A DNA stretch of 64,000 nt from an uncultured Chloroflexia bacterium (lineage in GTDB: Bacteria; Chloroflexota; Limnocylindria; Limnocylindrales; CSP1-4). The notes under the pieces were generated by a model, which ran no database searches, was not told the origin of the DNA, and saw only the letters and a program-made list of their open reading frames with translations. Both the position numbers and the translations under genes were made by a program. This document shows positions 1 to 10,582 of this stretch, one piece after another. Where the stretch lies: NCBI GenBank assembly GCA_963734535.1, contig CAVTHS010000003.1, positions 342,401 to 406,400 of the forward strand, in the 5' to 3' direction. Within the stretch, counting starts at the first letter, position 1. Every line of letters starts with the position of its first letter.

Positions 1-1902
1 CTCCTCGCGGTGCACGTCGAGGACCCGGGGCTCTGTCCCCGGTTCGTCGGCCGCGTGGTTCGGGGCGTCGGCGTGGCCCCCTCGCCCCAGGACGTCCAAC
101 GGCGCCTCCTCGCCGCCGGGATGCGGCCCGTCAGCAACGTCGTGGACGCCACGAACTACGCGATGCTCGAGCTGGGCAAGCCGACCCACGCCTTCGACGC
201 CGCCGCGGTCGCGCGGGACGCCTCGGGGCGGGCCGGGCTGGTGGTCCGGACGGCCGCCGCGGGCGAACGCCTCGAGACGCTCGATCACGTCGAGCGTTCG
301 CTGTCCGGGGAGACGCTCCTCATCGCCGATGCGAACGGACCGCTCGCGATCGCCGGGGTCATGGGCGGAGCCGCGTCCGAGGTGGCGGAGTCGACGGCAG
401 AGGTGATCATCGAGTCCGCGGTCTTCGACCCCGTGAGCATCAGGCGAACCGCGTTTCGGTATGCGCTTCGATCGGAGGCCAGCCTCCGCTTCGAGAAGGG
501 CCAGGAGTCCCGGCTGGCCAGGATCGGCGCGGACCGCGTCGCCGGCCTCATCGCCACCTGGGCCGGCGGGAGCGTGGTCGCGGGCCGGATCGACACGGCG
601 CCCGATGAGCCGGCCCCCGCGCGGGTCGGGTATCGGCCGGCGCGCGTCAATCGACTCCTCGGCACGAGCCTCGATCCTGCTGCACAGGCTGCGCTCCTCG
701 CGCGGGTCGGCATCGAGAGCGACCCGGCGGCCGCCGGGTCGAACATCCTGATCGCGGCGGACCCGACCCCGCACGACGTGCTTGTCGGGCCCGGCGAGGC
801 ACGAGACGCCATCGTGCCGTCATGGCGGCGCGACCTGGTCGTCGAGGCGGACATCGCGGAGGAGATCGTGCGCCTTGCCGGCTACGAGACCGTGACCGGG
901 AAGACCCCTGACACGTCGATGCCCCACGTGCGACCGAACCCGCTGGAGCTCCGCGACGGGCTGCGACGCGCCCTCGCCGCGGCGGGCCTGGTGGAGGTCG
1001 TCACGCCGGCCCTGGTGCCGGCGTCGCAGACAGCGGCGCTCGGGTGGCCCGTCCGGGCGGCGGACGGCGTGCCCGGCGAGCGGGCGGTTGATGGCCCCGT
1101 CATCACCGTCACGAACCCGCTCTCGGAGCGACATTCCGTGCTGCGGCGGGGCGTCGTGGGAAGCCTCCTCGACGTCCTTGCCTTCAACGAGCGGCACGGC
1201 CGAGCGGACGTCGCGATCTTCGAGATCGGGAAGGGCTACGCGAAGGCGCCGGACGGCAGCCCGGCCGAGTGGTGGCGCCTCGCGTTCCTCCTTGCCGGCA
1301 CCGCGGGCCCCCCGGCATGGAACCGCCCCGCACGCCCGTTCGACCTCGACGACGCGAAAGGGATCGTGGAGCTGGTCGGCCGCGTCCTTGGTTTCCCCGA
1401 GCCGCTGTTCACGCTCCACGCCGACGGCGCGCCGCTGCATCCGGGCCGCGCGGCGCTCGCGACAGCCGGCGAAGGGTGCGCCGGGCTCGTCGGCGAGCTC
1501 CACCCGTCGGTCGGAGCCGCGTGGGACCTCCGAGCCGAGCGTGTGCTCGTCGCGGAGCTCGCGATCGCCGGGCTGGCAGGCGGCCAGCTGGCCCCGGTCA
1601 GGATCGTGCCCGTGGGGCGCTTCCCACCGCACGAGCGGGACATCGCGCTCGTCGTGCCGGAGTCCCTCGCCGCCGCGGAGGTGCGCGCGACGCTCCGCGC
1701 CGCCGGGGGCGCCACGCTTCGGCGGATCGGGCTCTTCGACATCTACCGCGGGACGCCGCTTGCGGCGGGGGAGAAGAGCCTCGCCTGGCGGGTCGTCTTC
1801 GCCGCCGAGGATCGGGCGCTCGCGGACGATGAGGTCGACGCCGAGGTCGGCCGGCTCGTCGCGGCGGCCGCGTCCGCGCACGGAGCCCGGCTTCGAACCT
1901 AG
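1..1902 (+). CDS. pheT: Phenylalanine--tRNA ligase beta subunit (5'-truncated by window edge)
   Basis: B3/4 (NVVDATNYAMLELGKPTHAFD, SEASLRFEKG), B5 (VPSWRRDL..EADIAEEI) and C-terminal FDX-ACB (RDIALVV, LFDIYRG, EKSLA) motifs. Confidence 0.97.
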   Translation, partial: LLAVHVEDPGLCPRFVGRVVRGVGVAPSPQDVQRRLLAAGMRPVSNVVDATNYAMLELGKPTHAFDAAAVARDASGRAGLVVRTAAAGERLETLDHVERSLSGETLLIADANGPLAIAGVMGGAASEVAESTAEVIIESAVFDPVSIRRTAFRYALRSEASLRFEKGQESRLARIGADRVAGLIATWAGGSVVAGRIDTAPDEPAPARVGYRPARVNRLLGTSLDPAAQAALLARVGIESDPAAAGSNILIAADPTPHDVLVGPGEARDAIVPSWRRDLVVEADIAEEIVRLAGYETVTGKTPDTSMPHVRPNPLELRDGLRRALAAAGLVEVVTPALVPASQTAALGWPVRAADGVPGERAVDGPVITVTNPLSERHSVLRRGVVGSLLDVLAFNERHGRADVAIFEIGKGYAKAPDGSPAEWWRLAFLLAGTAGPPAWNRPARPFDLDDAKGIVELVGRVLGFPEPLFTLHADGAPLHPGRAALATAGEGCAGLVGELHPSVGAAWDLRAERVLVAELAIAGLAGGQLAPVRIVPVGRFPPHERDIALVVPESLAAAEVRATLRAAGGATLRRIGLFDIYRGTPLAAGEKSLAWRVVFAAEDRALADDEVDAEVGRLVAAAASAHGARLRT

Positions 1903-2049
1903 CTCGCCGAGCACGACCCGCGCGAGTCGCCGCAAGTCCGGGTTACATGCGCCCCGACCGCCGACGTATTCTTGCGTGCGGTCCACCCAGCGCGCGCTCG
2001 GGAGGGCCGGAGTCGGCGCCGCACGCGCGCCGCGACACCGGGAGAATGC

Positions 2050-2631
2050 GTGGACATCGTCGGCGCGATCCGGAGCCTGGACCTCTTCGACCTGCTGTTC
2101 GTCTTCTTCGTGTGCGGGTTCTTCCTCGCCGGCTTCGTGCAGGGGACCCTGCGCCGCCTTATCGGCCTGGCGATCCTCCTGGTCTCCATCCTCTTCGCCC
2201 TCAACCTGCGGGACCCGCTCGGGTCCTGGCTGGGCCAGTACTGGACGCAGTTCCCGAAGGAATACTCGACGATGCTCGCCTTCGGGATCAGCTTCGTCGT
2301 GATCTACCTTGGCGCGTCCATCGCGGCGCAGGTGTTCTACAGGCGGACCCAGCTGTTCAGGCGGTCCACCCTGGTGGACGAGCTCATCGGGGGAGCCCTG
2401 GGCGTGCTCCAGGCCATCCTGCTGGTCGGTGCCATGATCATGATCCTGGACTCCTTCTTCCGGGTCCCGGGGATCGCGCCGAGCCCGAACGAGCTGGGGT
2501 TCCTGCGCGACATCTTCCGGTTCTACGATCTGTCGCAGGCGGCCATCCTCTTCCGCGACGTGCTGATCCCGGCGTTCCTGACGCTCTTCGCCTGGATCAC
2601 GCCGGCCAGCCTGCGAGCCTTCTTCGCCTGA
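2050..2631 (+). CDS. CvpA family membrane protein
   Basis: Four hydrophobic helices, GFVQG..R.L and DELIGGALGVL motifs; GGAG upstream of GTG 2050; cvpA commonly lies between pheT and mutS2. Confidence 0.8.
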   Translation: MDIVGAIRSLDLFDLLFVFFVCGFFLAGFVQGTLRRLIGLAILLVSILFALNLRDPLGSWLGQYWTQFPKEYSTMLAFGISFVVIYLGASIAAQVFYRRTQLFRRSTLVDELIGGALGVLQAILLVGAMIMILDSFFRVPGIAPSPNELGFLRDIFRFYDLSQAAILFRDVLIPAFLTLFAWITPASLRAFFA

Positions 2632-2654
2632 CGAGCGGCACGCGTTCGAGGTCC

Positions 2655-3344
2655 GTGGGAACGAGGGACGACGCGTCGGCCGACCTCCCGCGGCTGCTCG
2701 CCGGTTCCGTGCTGGACGCCGCCCGCGGGCTGCTGGGCGCCCGCCTGGTCCGCGACGGCGGGGTCGACGCGCGAGTCGCCCGCATCGTCGAGGTGGAGGC
2801 ATACGGCGGCCCGGATGACCTGGCCTCCCATGCCCGCTTCGGGCCGACGGCGCGCAACGGCTCGATGTTCGGCCCGCCCGGGAAGGCGTACGTGTACGGT
2901 GTCTACGGCATGCACACCTGTCTCAACGTCGTCTGCGGACCCGCGGGCACGGCATGGGCGGTCCTCGTCCGGGCAGTCGAGCCGCTTGCGGGCGTTGCCG
3001 CGATGCGGGAGGCGCGACACGTGAAGGCGCTGGCGACCCGGCGGGCAGAGCGCGACGCCCCGGGCCGCGCGGCCGCCCGGATCGCGGCGATCCCCGTGAT
3101 GCGCCTCGCGAGCGGACCCGGCAACGTCGGCGCGGCCTTCTCGATCGTGCCCGCCGACGACGGCTGCGACCTGCTCGACCCGGCGGGCCGGCTCCGGCTG
3201 GAGGCGCGGCCCAGCACGGACCCGTTCCCGGCGCCGGCTTCCGGGCCACGGGTCGGGGTGGGCTTCGCGGGCGCGTGGGCCGAGCGGCCGTGGCGGTTCT
3301 GGGTCGCGGACAGCCCTGCGGTGTCGGGACGGCGGGGACGCTGA
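2655..3344 (+). CDS. mpg: DNA-3-methyladenine glycosylase (MPG/AAG family)
   Basis: RIVEVEAYGG..D.ASH, MFGPPGKAYVY..YGMHTCLNVV, AVLVRAVEP, GPRVGV, PWRFW; start codon approximate. Confidence 0.92.
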   Translation: MGTRDDASADLPRLLAGSVLDAARGLLGARLVRDGGVDARVARIVEVEAYGGPDDLASHARFGPTARNGSMFGPPGKAYVYGVYGMHTCLNVVCGPAGTAWAVLVRAVEPLAGVAAMREARHVKALATRRAERDAPGRAAARIAAIPVMRLASGPGNVGAAFSIVPADDGCDLLDPAGRLRLEARPSTDPFPAPASGPRVGVGFAGAWAERPWRFWVADSPAVSGRRGR

Positions 3345-5707
3345 TGGACGCCAAGTCGATCGCCCTCCTCGAGTTCCCGCTCATCCGCGAACGCCTCGCG
3401 GCCGCGGCCGGGTTCGGGCCGGGCCGGAGGCTCGCGGCGGCGATCGCTCCGTCCGCGGACCCCGTGCTCGTCGAGATCGGCCTCGACGAGACGTCGCAGA
3501 CGCGCGAGCTCCTCGCCGAGAAGCCCCAGGCGGGAATCGGCGGCGCCGCGGACATCGGACCGGCCGTGGAACGCGCCGCCCGGGGCGGCCGCCTCGACGC
3601 CGCCCAGTTCGCCTCGATCGCCACGACGCTCGAGGCGGGCTCGCGGCTCCGCGACGCGCTCGCCGGCGACCGGCGGCCCCTCCTCGGCGCGCTCGCCCGC
3701 GATCTCCACGGGCTGCCCGCCCTGCGCTCGACGCTGGAGCGCAGCTTCGACCCGGTCGGCGAGCTTCTCGACACGGCGTCGGCGCGGCTCGGCGGCCTGC
3801 GCAGGGCCACCCGGCATGCCTACGAGCGCCTCCGGAGCCGCCTCGAGCAGCTGGTCCACTCGACGGATGTCGGGGCGGCTCTCCAGGACCCCATCATCAC
3901 CCTCCGGAACGGCAGGTACGTGGTGCCGGTCCGGGCCGACTCGCGAAGCCGCGTCAAGGGAATCGTCCACGACGCGTCGGGGAGCGGCCAGACCCTGTTC
4001 GTGGAGCCGCTCGTGGCCGTCGAGCTGGGGAATGCATGGCGGGAGGCACAGGTCGCGGAGCAGCAGGAGATCGAGCGGATCCTCGACGAGCTCTCGGCGC
4101 TCGTCGGCAGCCAGGCGGGGCCGCTCCTGGAGCTGCTCGGCGCGCTCGCCCGGTTCGACCTGTGGAGCGCCAAGGCGCGCCTCGCCGAGGAGATGGACGC
4201 GACCCGTGCCGAGCTGGGAACGCGCACGGAGATCATCCTCAAGGGCGCCCGCCATCCCGGGCTGACCGGACGCGTCGTCCCCATCGACGTGGAGCTCGGC
4301 ACCGACTTCCAGGCGCTCCTCGTCACGGGCCCCAACACGGGCGGCAAGACCGTGACGCTCCGGACGCTCGGCCTGCTCGCGCTCATGCACCAGGCCGGCC
4401 TGCACGTCCCCGCCGATCCCGGGAGCCGCCTGCCGGTCCTGCGCGACGTGTTCGCCGACATCGGCGACGAGCAGTCCGTCGCCCAGTCGCTCTCGACCTT
4501 CTCGGGGCACCTCCGCTCGATCGTCCGGATCTCGGAGGAAGCCGGTCCGGGCACGCTCGTGCTGCTCGACGAGCTGGGTGCCGGGACCGACCCGACCGAG
4601 GGTTCGGCGCTGGCGCAGGCGCTCCTGGACCACTTCCTGCGGGCGGGCGCGCTCGTGGCGGCCACGACCCACTACGCCGAGCTGAAGGTCTACGCGCACA
4701 CGACGCCGAAGGTCCGGAACGCGTCGGTCGAGTTCGACCTGCAGACGCTGAGCCCCACGTACCGGCTCCGGATCGGCCTGCCGGGCGGCAGCCAGGCGTT
4801 CGCGATCGCCGAGCGGCTCGGTCTCGCGTTGTCGATCGTCGACGAGGCGCGCGGGCGGCTGACCGAGGGCCAGAAGGCATTCGAGGAGACCCTCGCATCC
4901 ATCCGGGAGGCCGACACGGCCGCCCAGACGGCGCTCGACCGGGCCCGGGCCGCGGAGATCAGGGCCACCGAGGCGCAGCGGACCGCGGACGAGGAGCGCC
5001 GGCGCGCCCGCAAGGATCGCGATGCGGCGGTGGCATCCGCGCGGGCTGACGCGGAGCGGATGGTCGACGACCTCCGGTCGGAGATCCGCGGCGCCCGGCG
5101 CCGCCTGGAACGCGAGACGGTCACGGCACCCGCGCTCGACGAGGTCATGGAACGGGCCGAGGCGCACCTTGCGCGACTCCCCGAATCGACGCCCGCGCCC
5201 GTCGCTCCCGAGCCCGGCGAGCCCGTCGATTGGCGCGTCGGCGCCCGCGCACGGAGCCTCAGCCGCGGCTGGGAAGGGCGGATCGCTGCCCTGGAGCGGG
5301 GTGGCCGCCGGGCGACGCTCGAGGTCGGGGGCATGCGCGTCACGGTCGGCGTCGAGGATCTCGTGCCGGCCCTCGTCGACGCCGCTTCCGGCGGCCCGGG
5401 TCGACGGGAGCAGGCCGAGGAGGCCGCGTCGGGGATCACGGCCCTGCGACTGGACCGCGCCCGCTCCATCGCGTCATCGCTGGACGTCCGCGGCGCACGG
5501 GTGGACGAGGCGCTCGAGGTGGTGGGGCGCTACCTCGAGGACGGCGCCCTGGCTGGGCTGTCGAAAGCCACGATCATCCACGGGCATGGGACCGGAGCGC
5601 TCCGTGACGCGGTCCGTTCGATGGCCGCGGCACACCCGCTGGTCAGGTCCGCCCGGCCGGGCGAGCGCGGGGAGGGCGGCGACGGGGCGACCGTCGTCAC
5701 GTTCTAG
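3344..5707 (+). CDS. mutS2: MutS2 ATPase/endonuclease with C-terminal Smr domain
   Basis: TGPNTGGKT P-loop, DIGDEQS..QSLSTFSGH, LLDELGAGTDP.EG; Smr IIHGHGTGALR and GGDGATV; ATG overlaps mpg stop. Confidence 0.96.
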   Translation: MDAKSIALLEFPLIRERLAAAAGFGPGRRLAAAIAPSADPVLVEIGLDETSQTRELLAEKPQAGIGGAADIGPAVERAARGGRLDAAQFASIATTLEAGSRLRDALAGDRRPLLGALARDLHGLPALRSTLERSFDPVGELLDTASARLGGLRRATRHAYERLRSRLEQLVHSTDVGAALQDPIITLRNGRYVVPVRADSRSRVKGIVHDASGSGQTLFVEPLVAVELGNAWREAQVAEQQEIERILDELSALVGSQAGPLLELLGALARFDLWSAKARLAEEMDATRAELGTRTEIILKGARHPGLTGRVVPIDVELGTDFQALLVTGPNTGGKTVTLRTLGLLALMHQAGLHVPADPGSRLPVLRDVFADIGDEQSVAQSLSTFSGHLRSIVRISEEAGPGTLVLLDELGAGTDPTEGSALAQALLDHFLRAGALVAATTHYAELKVYAHTTPKVRNASVEFDLQTLSPTYRLRIGLPGGSQAFAIAERLGLALSIVDEARGRLTEGQKAFEETLASIREADTAAQTALDRARAAEIRATEAQRTADEERRRARKDRDAAVASARADAERMVDDLRSEIRGARRRLERETVTAPALDEVMERAEAHLARLPESTPAPVAPEPGEPVDWRVGARARSLSRGWEGRIAALERGGRRATLEVGGMRVTVGVEDLVPALVDAASGGPGRREQAEEAASGITALRLDRARSIASSLDVRGARVDEALEVVGRYLEDGALAGLSKATIIHGHGTGALRDAVRSMAAAHPLVRSARPGERGEGGDGATVVTF

Positions 5708-5723
5708 GATCCGTGAGCGCGCC

Positions 5724-8459
5724 TCAGGGCGACGGGCTGGGACGCCCGTGGCCGCCGCCGTTCGGAGGCGACGGTGAGGGTTGGGGCGGGGGTGACGGCG
5801 GGAAGGAATCGAGGGGTCCGAGGCTCGGGCACGGGTTGAACGGGTCGAGCGGGTCACACGACGGCCCGGGGGACGGGGACGGGACGAAGAGGTCGCAGGT
5901 CTTCGACGGCGGGAACGGGGCGCCCCAGGTCAGGCCGTACGGGTTCCAGACGCCGGTCTCGTAGAAGTAGCTCGTCCGCGTCTTCTGCGGCCCACCGGCA
6001 ACGCCCGAGCCGCGCCGGGCACGGGCGATCCAGCCGTCGTTGAACGTCTTCCACGCCGGGAAGTCCGTCTCGATGGCGCTGAGATCCAGGAAGCCCTTCA
6101 CCTCGGGCGGGCCTTCGCAGCCGTCCTGCCAGAGGTCGCCCGAGACCGAATCGACCTGGATGCCGACCTTGGTGTTGTCGACCTGGGTCGGGACGGTCCC
6201 GTCGATGAACCACTCCTTGACCGTCCTCGACGAGAAGGGCCCGGGCTTCATCCCGGAGTAGGCGTCGACGGTTGCCTGCACGACGCCCGGCGGCGACTGG
6301 AAGTCCGCGATCGGCTGGCCCTTCGTGGCCGCGGTCAGGAAGGACTGCCAGAGCGAGGCGGCCGATTCCAGGGAGACGACGCCGGCCGGCGGAGCGGAGT
6401 TGTCGGAGTTGCCCATCCAGGCCCCGACCACGAACGCCGGCGCCTTGGGGTCCTCGGGCGGGGCCAGGAAACCCATCGCCGTCAGGTCCTTCGTGTCGTT
6501 CGTCGTTCCCGTCTTGAGCGCCGCGGGTCGGCGGGTCGTGCCGTCCAGGATCGCGCGCTTGCTCCAGAACGGGTTCTGGGCCGGATCCGTGTTCCCGGCG
6601 AGGATGTCGGTCATGATGAACGCGGCCTGCGGGCTCACCGCGACCTTGCCCAGGGGGAGCGCGCCGGCCGGCGGCCAGATCTTCTGCCCGCTCGGGCTGC
6701 GGACCTCGAGGATCGTCGTGCGCGGCATGAGGACGCCGCCGTTCGCGATCGCGCCGTATGCGCTGATGAGGTCGATCATGTGGACCTCGAGGGTGCCGAG
6801 CGCGATCGAGGATCCGGCCTTGAAGGTCGATGACTGGTAGCGGAGGCCGAAGTCCTTCGAGCGCTGGAACACTCGTTCGGGCCCGATCTCGATCGCGGCC
6901 TTGACGGCCGGGATGTTGATCGACACGTGGATCGCGTCGCGCATCCTGACGGGCCCTCGCTCGAGGAGGTCGGCGTCGGTCGGCGTGTAGCCGCCCCCGA
7001 AGTCGGTCACGACGTCCATGAACAGCGACGCGGCGGTGAGCGAGTGGTCCTCGAGCCCCACGAGGTAGTTGATCGGCTTGAAGGCGGACCCGGGCTGCCG
7101 CCAGCCGTCCTCGAGCACGTCGAACTGAGGCTGGAACTTCTTGTTGCCCGGGAGGTAGAAGCCGGCGCTGCCCGTGTACGCGTAGACCTGGCCGGTGCGG
7201 TAGTCGATCGCCGCGAGCGCCCCGTTGTTGACGCCCGCGCCCACCAGGTGCTTGATCCAATCCTGGTAGGGGACGCCGACGGCCTTGACGTATGCCGCGG
7301 GATCCTTGGCATTCGGGCCCTGGGCGCCGGCCTGGGTCCACTTCTCGGCGAGTCGCTGCATCCGCCAGTCCAGCGTCGTGACGACGGTGAAGCCGCCCGT
7401 GTCGATCGCGGGGCAGTTGTCGGCGAGGGCGGCCGTACACAGGATCTCGCCGAGCTGGTGCCGGACCTGCAGCACGAACTGGGGAGCCAGCCAGCGCTGG
7501 TTGGCGGGTGGCGTGACCACCACCGGCTCCTGCATGGCCGCGTCGTAGTCGGCAGCCGAGTAGGTGCCCACCGTCAGCACGGCCCGCGTCCTCATGAGGC
7601 CCAGGATGTAGTTTCGCCGCTGCACGATCGGTGAGTCGGGGGGAACGACCAGGTGGACCTTGCCGTCGGCCCCGGTCTGCTCGACCGCGTTCTGGACCAG
7701 GTCGAACTCGGAGGGGGACTGCGGGATCGCGGCGAGGATCGCGGCCTGGGCCAGGGTCAGCTTCTTCAGGTCGCTGATGCCCCAGTAGCCGCGAGCGGCC
7801 GCGGCGACCCCGTAGCTGCTGTTTCCGTAGAAGTTCTGGTTCAGGTAGGCGGTGATGATCTCGCGCTTGCCCTCGACGCCGGGGAACTCCTGCGTCAGGC
7901 GCACCGACTGGATGATCTCGCGGATCTTCCGCTCGTATGTCGAGCCCTTGAACGCCGAGGCAGGCAGGAGCCGTGCCCGGACGAGCTGCTGGGTGATCGT
8001 CGAGGCGCCACGGGAGTTGCCGCTGAGCGTGTCCAGCCCCGCGGAGATGATCCCGGCTGGATCGAACCCGGCGTTGTCCCAGAAGGTCTTGTCCTCGATG
8101 GACGTGGTGGCGTCGACGATCGCGGGGTTGAGCTGGTCGAAGGTGACCACGTCGCGCTGCTCGCGCGCGAATGAGGCCAGCTGCACCTTCCCGCTCCGGT
8201 CGAGGACCGTCGTCGCCTGGTTGAAGACGAGGTTGCTGAAGACGTCCTTCGGATTCGGGAGGCCCTGGCTGTAGTAGCTGAACGCGGTCACGGCGCCCGC
8301 AAAGCCCACGATCCCGGCCACCAGGAAGGAAGCGAAGAGGAAGATGGGAAGCGCGATCGCGATCCGTGCGACGTTCTGATCGCCCGAGGACCGGCGGCCT
8401 GCGCCGTTCCGGCGGCGTCGTTGCCGTCGGGCAAGGCTGGTCTGCATGGCGTCCGTCAC
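5724..8459 (-). CDS. Class A penicillin-binding protein (transglycosylase/transpeptidase)
   Basis: TM anchor; EDKTFW, GASTITQQL, RKIRE; transpeptidase SAFK, SIN, KTG motifs; Pro-rich tail; alternative ATG at 8447. Confidence 0.95.
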   Translation of the reverse strand: MTDAMQTSLARRQRRRRNGAGRRSSGDQNVARIAIALPIFLFASFLVAGIVGFAGAVTAFSYYSQGLPNPKDVFSNLVFNQATTVLDRSGKVQLASFAREQRDVVTFDQLNPAIVDATTSIEDKTFWDNAGFDPAGIISAGLDTLSGNSRGASTITQQLVRARLLPASAFKGSTYERKIREIIQSVRLTQEFPGVEGKREIITAYLNQNFYGNSSYGVAAAARGYWGISDLKKLTLAQAAILAAIPQSPSEFDLVQNAVEQTGADGKVHLVVPPDSPIVQRRNYILGLMRTRAVLTVGTYSAADYDAAMQEPVVVTPPANQRWLAPQFVLQVRHQLGEILCTAALADNCPAIDTGGFTVVTTLDWRMQRLAEKWTQAGAQGPNAKDPAAYVKAVGVPYQDWIKHLVGAGVNNGALAAIDYRTGQVYAYTGSAGFYLPGNKKFQPQFDVLEDGWRQPGSAFKPINYLVGLEDHSLTAASLFMDVVTDFGGGYTPTDADLLERGPVRMRDAIHVSINIPAVKAAIEIGPERVFQRSKDFGLRYQSSTFKAGSSIALGTLEVHMIDLISAYGAIANGGVLMPRTTILEVRSPSGQKIWPPAGALPLGKVAVSPQAAFIMTDILAGNTDPAQNPFWSKRAILDGTTRRPAALKTGTTNDTKDLTAMGFLAPPEDPKAPAFVVGAWMGNSDNSAPPAGVVSLESAASLWQSFLTAATKGQPIADFQSPPGVVQATVDAYSGMKPGPFSSRTVKEWFIDGTVPTQVDNTKVGIQVDSVSGDLWQDGCEGPPEVKGFLDLSAIETDFPAWKTFNDGWIARARRGSGVAGGPQKTRTSYFYETGVWNPYGLTWGAPFPPSKTCDLFVPSPSPGPSCDPLDPFNPCPSLGPLDSFPPSPPPQPSPSPPNGGGHGRPSPSP

Positions 8460-8536
8460 GATAGCATAGGTGGCATGACCTCCCGATCGACCTCGCCGGC
8501 CCGGTTCGACGTGTCCGAGCCGCGAGATCGAAGCTC

Positions 8537-9877
8537 GTGAGCGCCCCCGGCCTCGCCGGCCTGCTCCCGGATCTGCGCTGGCGCGGGCTCGTCCACGCCA
8601 CGACCGACGGTCTCGAGGCGCGCCTCGCTTCGGGCCGGCCGCTTCGCGCCTACAACGGCTTCGATCCCACGTTCCGGTCGCTCCACGTGGGGCACCTGAT
8701 CCCGATCTTCGGGCTGGTGCGGCTCCAGCGGTTCGGGGGCCAGCCGGTTGCCGTCGTCGGTGGCGGCACCGGCATGATCGGCGACCCGTCGGGGCGATCG
8801 GCCGAGCGGCCGCTGCTCGATCGCTCGGCGATCGCGGCCAACCTCAACTCGATCCGGGATCAGCTCGCCCACTTCCTGGATTTCGCGCCCGGCCCGACGC
8901 AGGCGCTCGTGGTGAACAACCTCGACTGGCTCGGGGATGCCCGCCTGCTCGACTTCCTGCGCGATGTCGGCAAGCACTTCACGGTGCCGTACATGCTGGC
9001 CAAGGACTCGGTCCAGGTGCGCATCGAGAAGGGGCTCTCGTACACCGAGTTCAGCTACATGCTGCTGCAGGCAACCGACTTCCTGCACCTCCATCGGTCC
9101 TACGGGGTGGAGCTCCAGTGCGGCGGCGCGGACCAGTGGGGCAACATCACCGCGGGCCTCGAGCTGATCCGTCGCACGACGGGCGCGCGCCACGCGGAGG
9201 CCGACGGGGAGTCCGAGCCGGCCCACGGCCTTGCCTACCCGCTCCTGCTGAACGCCTCGGGCGCCAAGTTCGGGAAGAGCGAGTCCGGCGAGTCGATCTG
9301 GCTCGACGCCGGGCTCACCTCTCCATACCGCTTCTACCAGTACTGGCTCGACGCCGAGGACCGGGACGTCGGCACCTACCTGCGCTGGTTCACGCTCTTC
9401 GACCGCGTCCGCATCGAGGAGCTCGACGCCGAGCTCCTCGCGCATCCCGAGCGGCGCGAGGCCCAGCGCGCCCTTGCGCGTGACCTCACGGAGCGAACCC
9501 ACGGGCGCGGCGCGGCCGAGCGGGTGCGGCGCGTCAGCGAGCTCGTCTTCGGCGGGGACCCTGCTGCCGCCGATGCCCAGACCCTCGCCGACCTGGCCGC
9601 CGAGATCCCGGCGGCGCCCTGGCCGGAAGGCGATCCCGCCGATCCCGACCGACCGGGGCTGGACCTCGTGGAGGTCCTGATCCTGGCCGGCACGGCTGCA
9701 TCGCGGGGCGAGGCGCGGCGGCTCGTGGACCAGGGCGGCGTGCACGTGAACGGCCGGGCGGCGCGAGACCCGGAGGAGCGCTTCACCACCGACGACCTGC
9801 TGGCCGGCCGGTTCCTCCTGGTGCGACGCGGCAAGCGCGACCAGCGGCTCATCGTGCGCGGGCTGGGGAGGGCGTGA
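8537..9877 (+). CDS. tyrS: Tyrosine--tRNA ligase
   Basis: YNGFDPT..SLHVGH, GMIGDPSG, QCGGADQWGNI, KFGKS, C-terminal S4-like domain. Confidence 0.97.
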   Translation: MSAPGLAGLLPDLRWRGLVHATTDGLEARLASGRPLRAYNGFDPTFRSLHVGHLIPIFGLVRLQRFGGQPVAVVGGGTGMIGDPSGRSAERPLLDRSAIAANLNSIRDQLAHFLDFAPGPTQALVVNNLDWLGDARLLDFLRDVGKHFTVPYMLAKDSVQVRIEKGLSYTEFSYMLLQATDFLHLHRSYGVELQCGGADQWGNITAGLELIRRTTGARHAEADGESEPAHGLAYPLLLNASGAKFGKSESGESIWLDAGLTSPYRFYQYWLDAEDRDVGTYLRWFTLFDRVRIEELDAELLAHPERREAQRALARDLTERTHGRGAAERVRRVSELVFGGDPAAADAQTLADLAAEIPAAPWPEGDPADPDRPGLDLVEVLILAGTAASRGEARRLVDQGGVHVNGRAARDPEERFTTDDLLAGRFLLVRRGKRDQRLIVRGLGRA

Positions 9878-10473
9878 TCGAGGTGGCTCGCGGCCATATC
9901 CAGGTGATCGCCGGCTGCATGTTCAGCGGGAAGACCGATGAGCTGCTGCGGCTTCTTCGGCGAGCCGAGATCGCGCGGCGGCGGATCCTGCTGGTCCGTC
10001 CGAAGATCGACGACCGCACCGAGGCCGAGGTCGTGCGGAGCCGATCGGGCGCCGCCTACGGCTCGACCTCTGTGGAGAGCCCCGCCGAGATCGAGACGCT
10101 GGCGAAGGACGCCTGGGCGGACATGATCGCGATCGAGGAGGCGCAGTTCTTCCCCGCCAGCCTGGTGCCGGTCGTGGAGCGGCTCGCCGTCGCCGGGAGG
10201 ACGGTGATCCTGTCCGGCCTCAACACGGACTTCCGCGGACGCCCGTTCGGGCCGATGCCGGAGCTCATGGCCATCGCGGACGGGATCACCTCGCTGACCG
10301 CCATCTGCACGGTGTGCGGCGACGAGGCGACCCGGACGCAGCGGCTGATCGACGGACGCCCGGCCGGCGCCAACGAGCCGGTCGTGGTGGTCGGCGGCCT
10401 GGCCTCGGAGATGCCGACGCCGCGCCGCGAGACGTACGAGGCGCGTTGCCGCGGCCATCACGAGCTGCCGTAG
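9874..10473 (+). CDS. tdk: Thymidine kinase
   Basis: GCMFSGKT, EAQFF, GLNTDFRG.PF, Zn ligands CTVC...CRGH. Confidence 0.95.
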   Translation: MIEVARGHIQVIAGCMFSGKTDELLRLLRRAEIARRRILLVRPKIDDRTEAEVVRSRSGAAYGSTSVESPAEIETLAKDAWADMIAIEEAQFFPASLVPVVERLAVAGRTVILSGLNTDFRGRPFGPMPELMAIADGITSLTAICTVCGDEATRTQRLIDGRPAGANEPVVVVGGLASEMPTPRRETYEARCRGHHELP

Positions 10474-10582
10474 CGCGGCCCGCGTGTCGGCCCGGCTGGG
10501 TCCCCCTGTGGGTCGCGGCCTGCCTCGATCACCCGTACCCGGGCTGCGTCCGCGTCACCTCGGGCTTGGGTGCCCGCCGGCC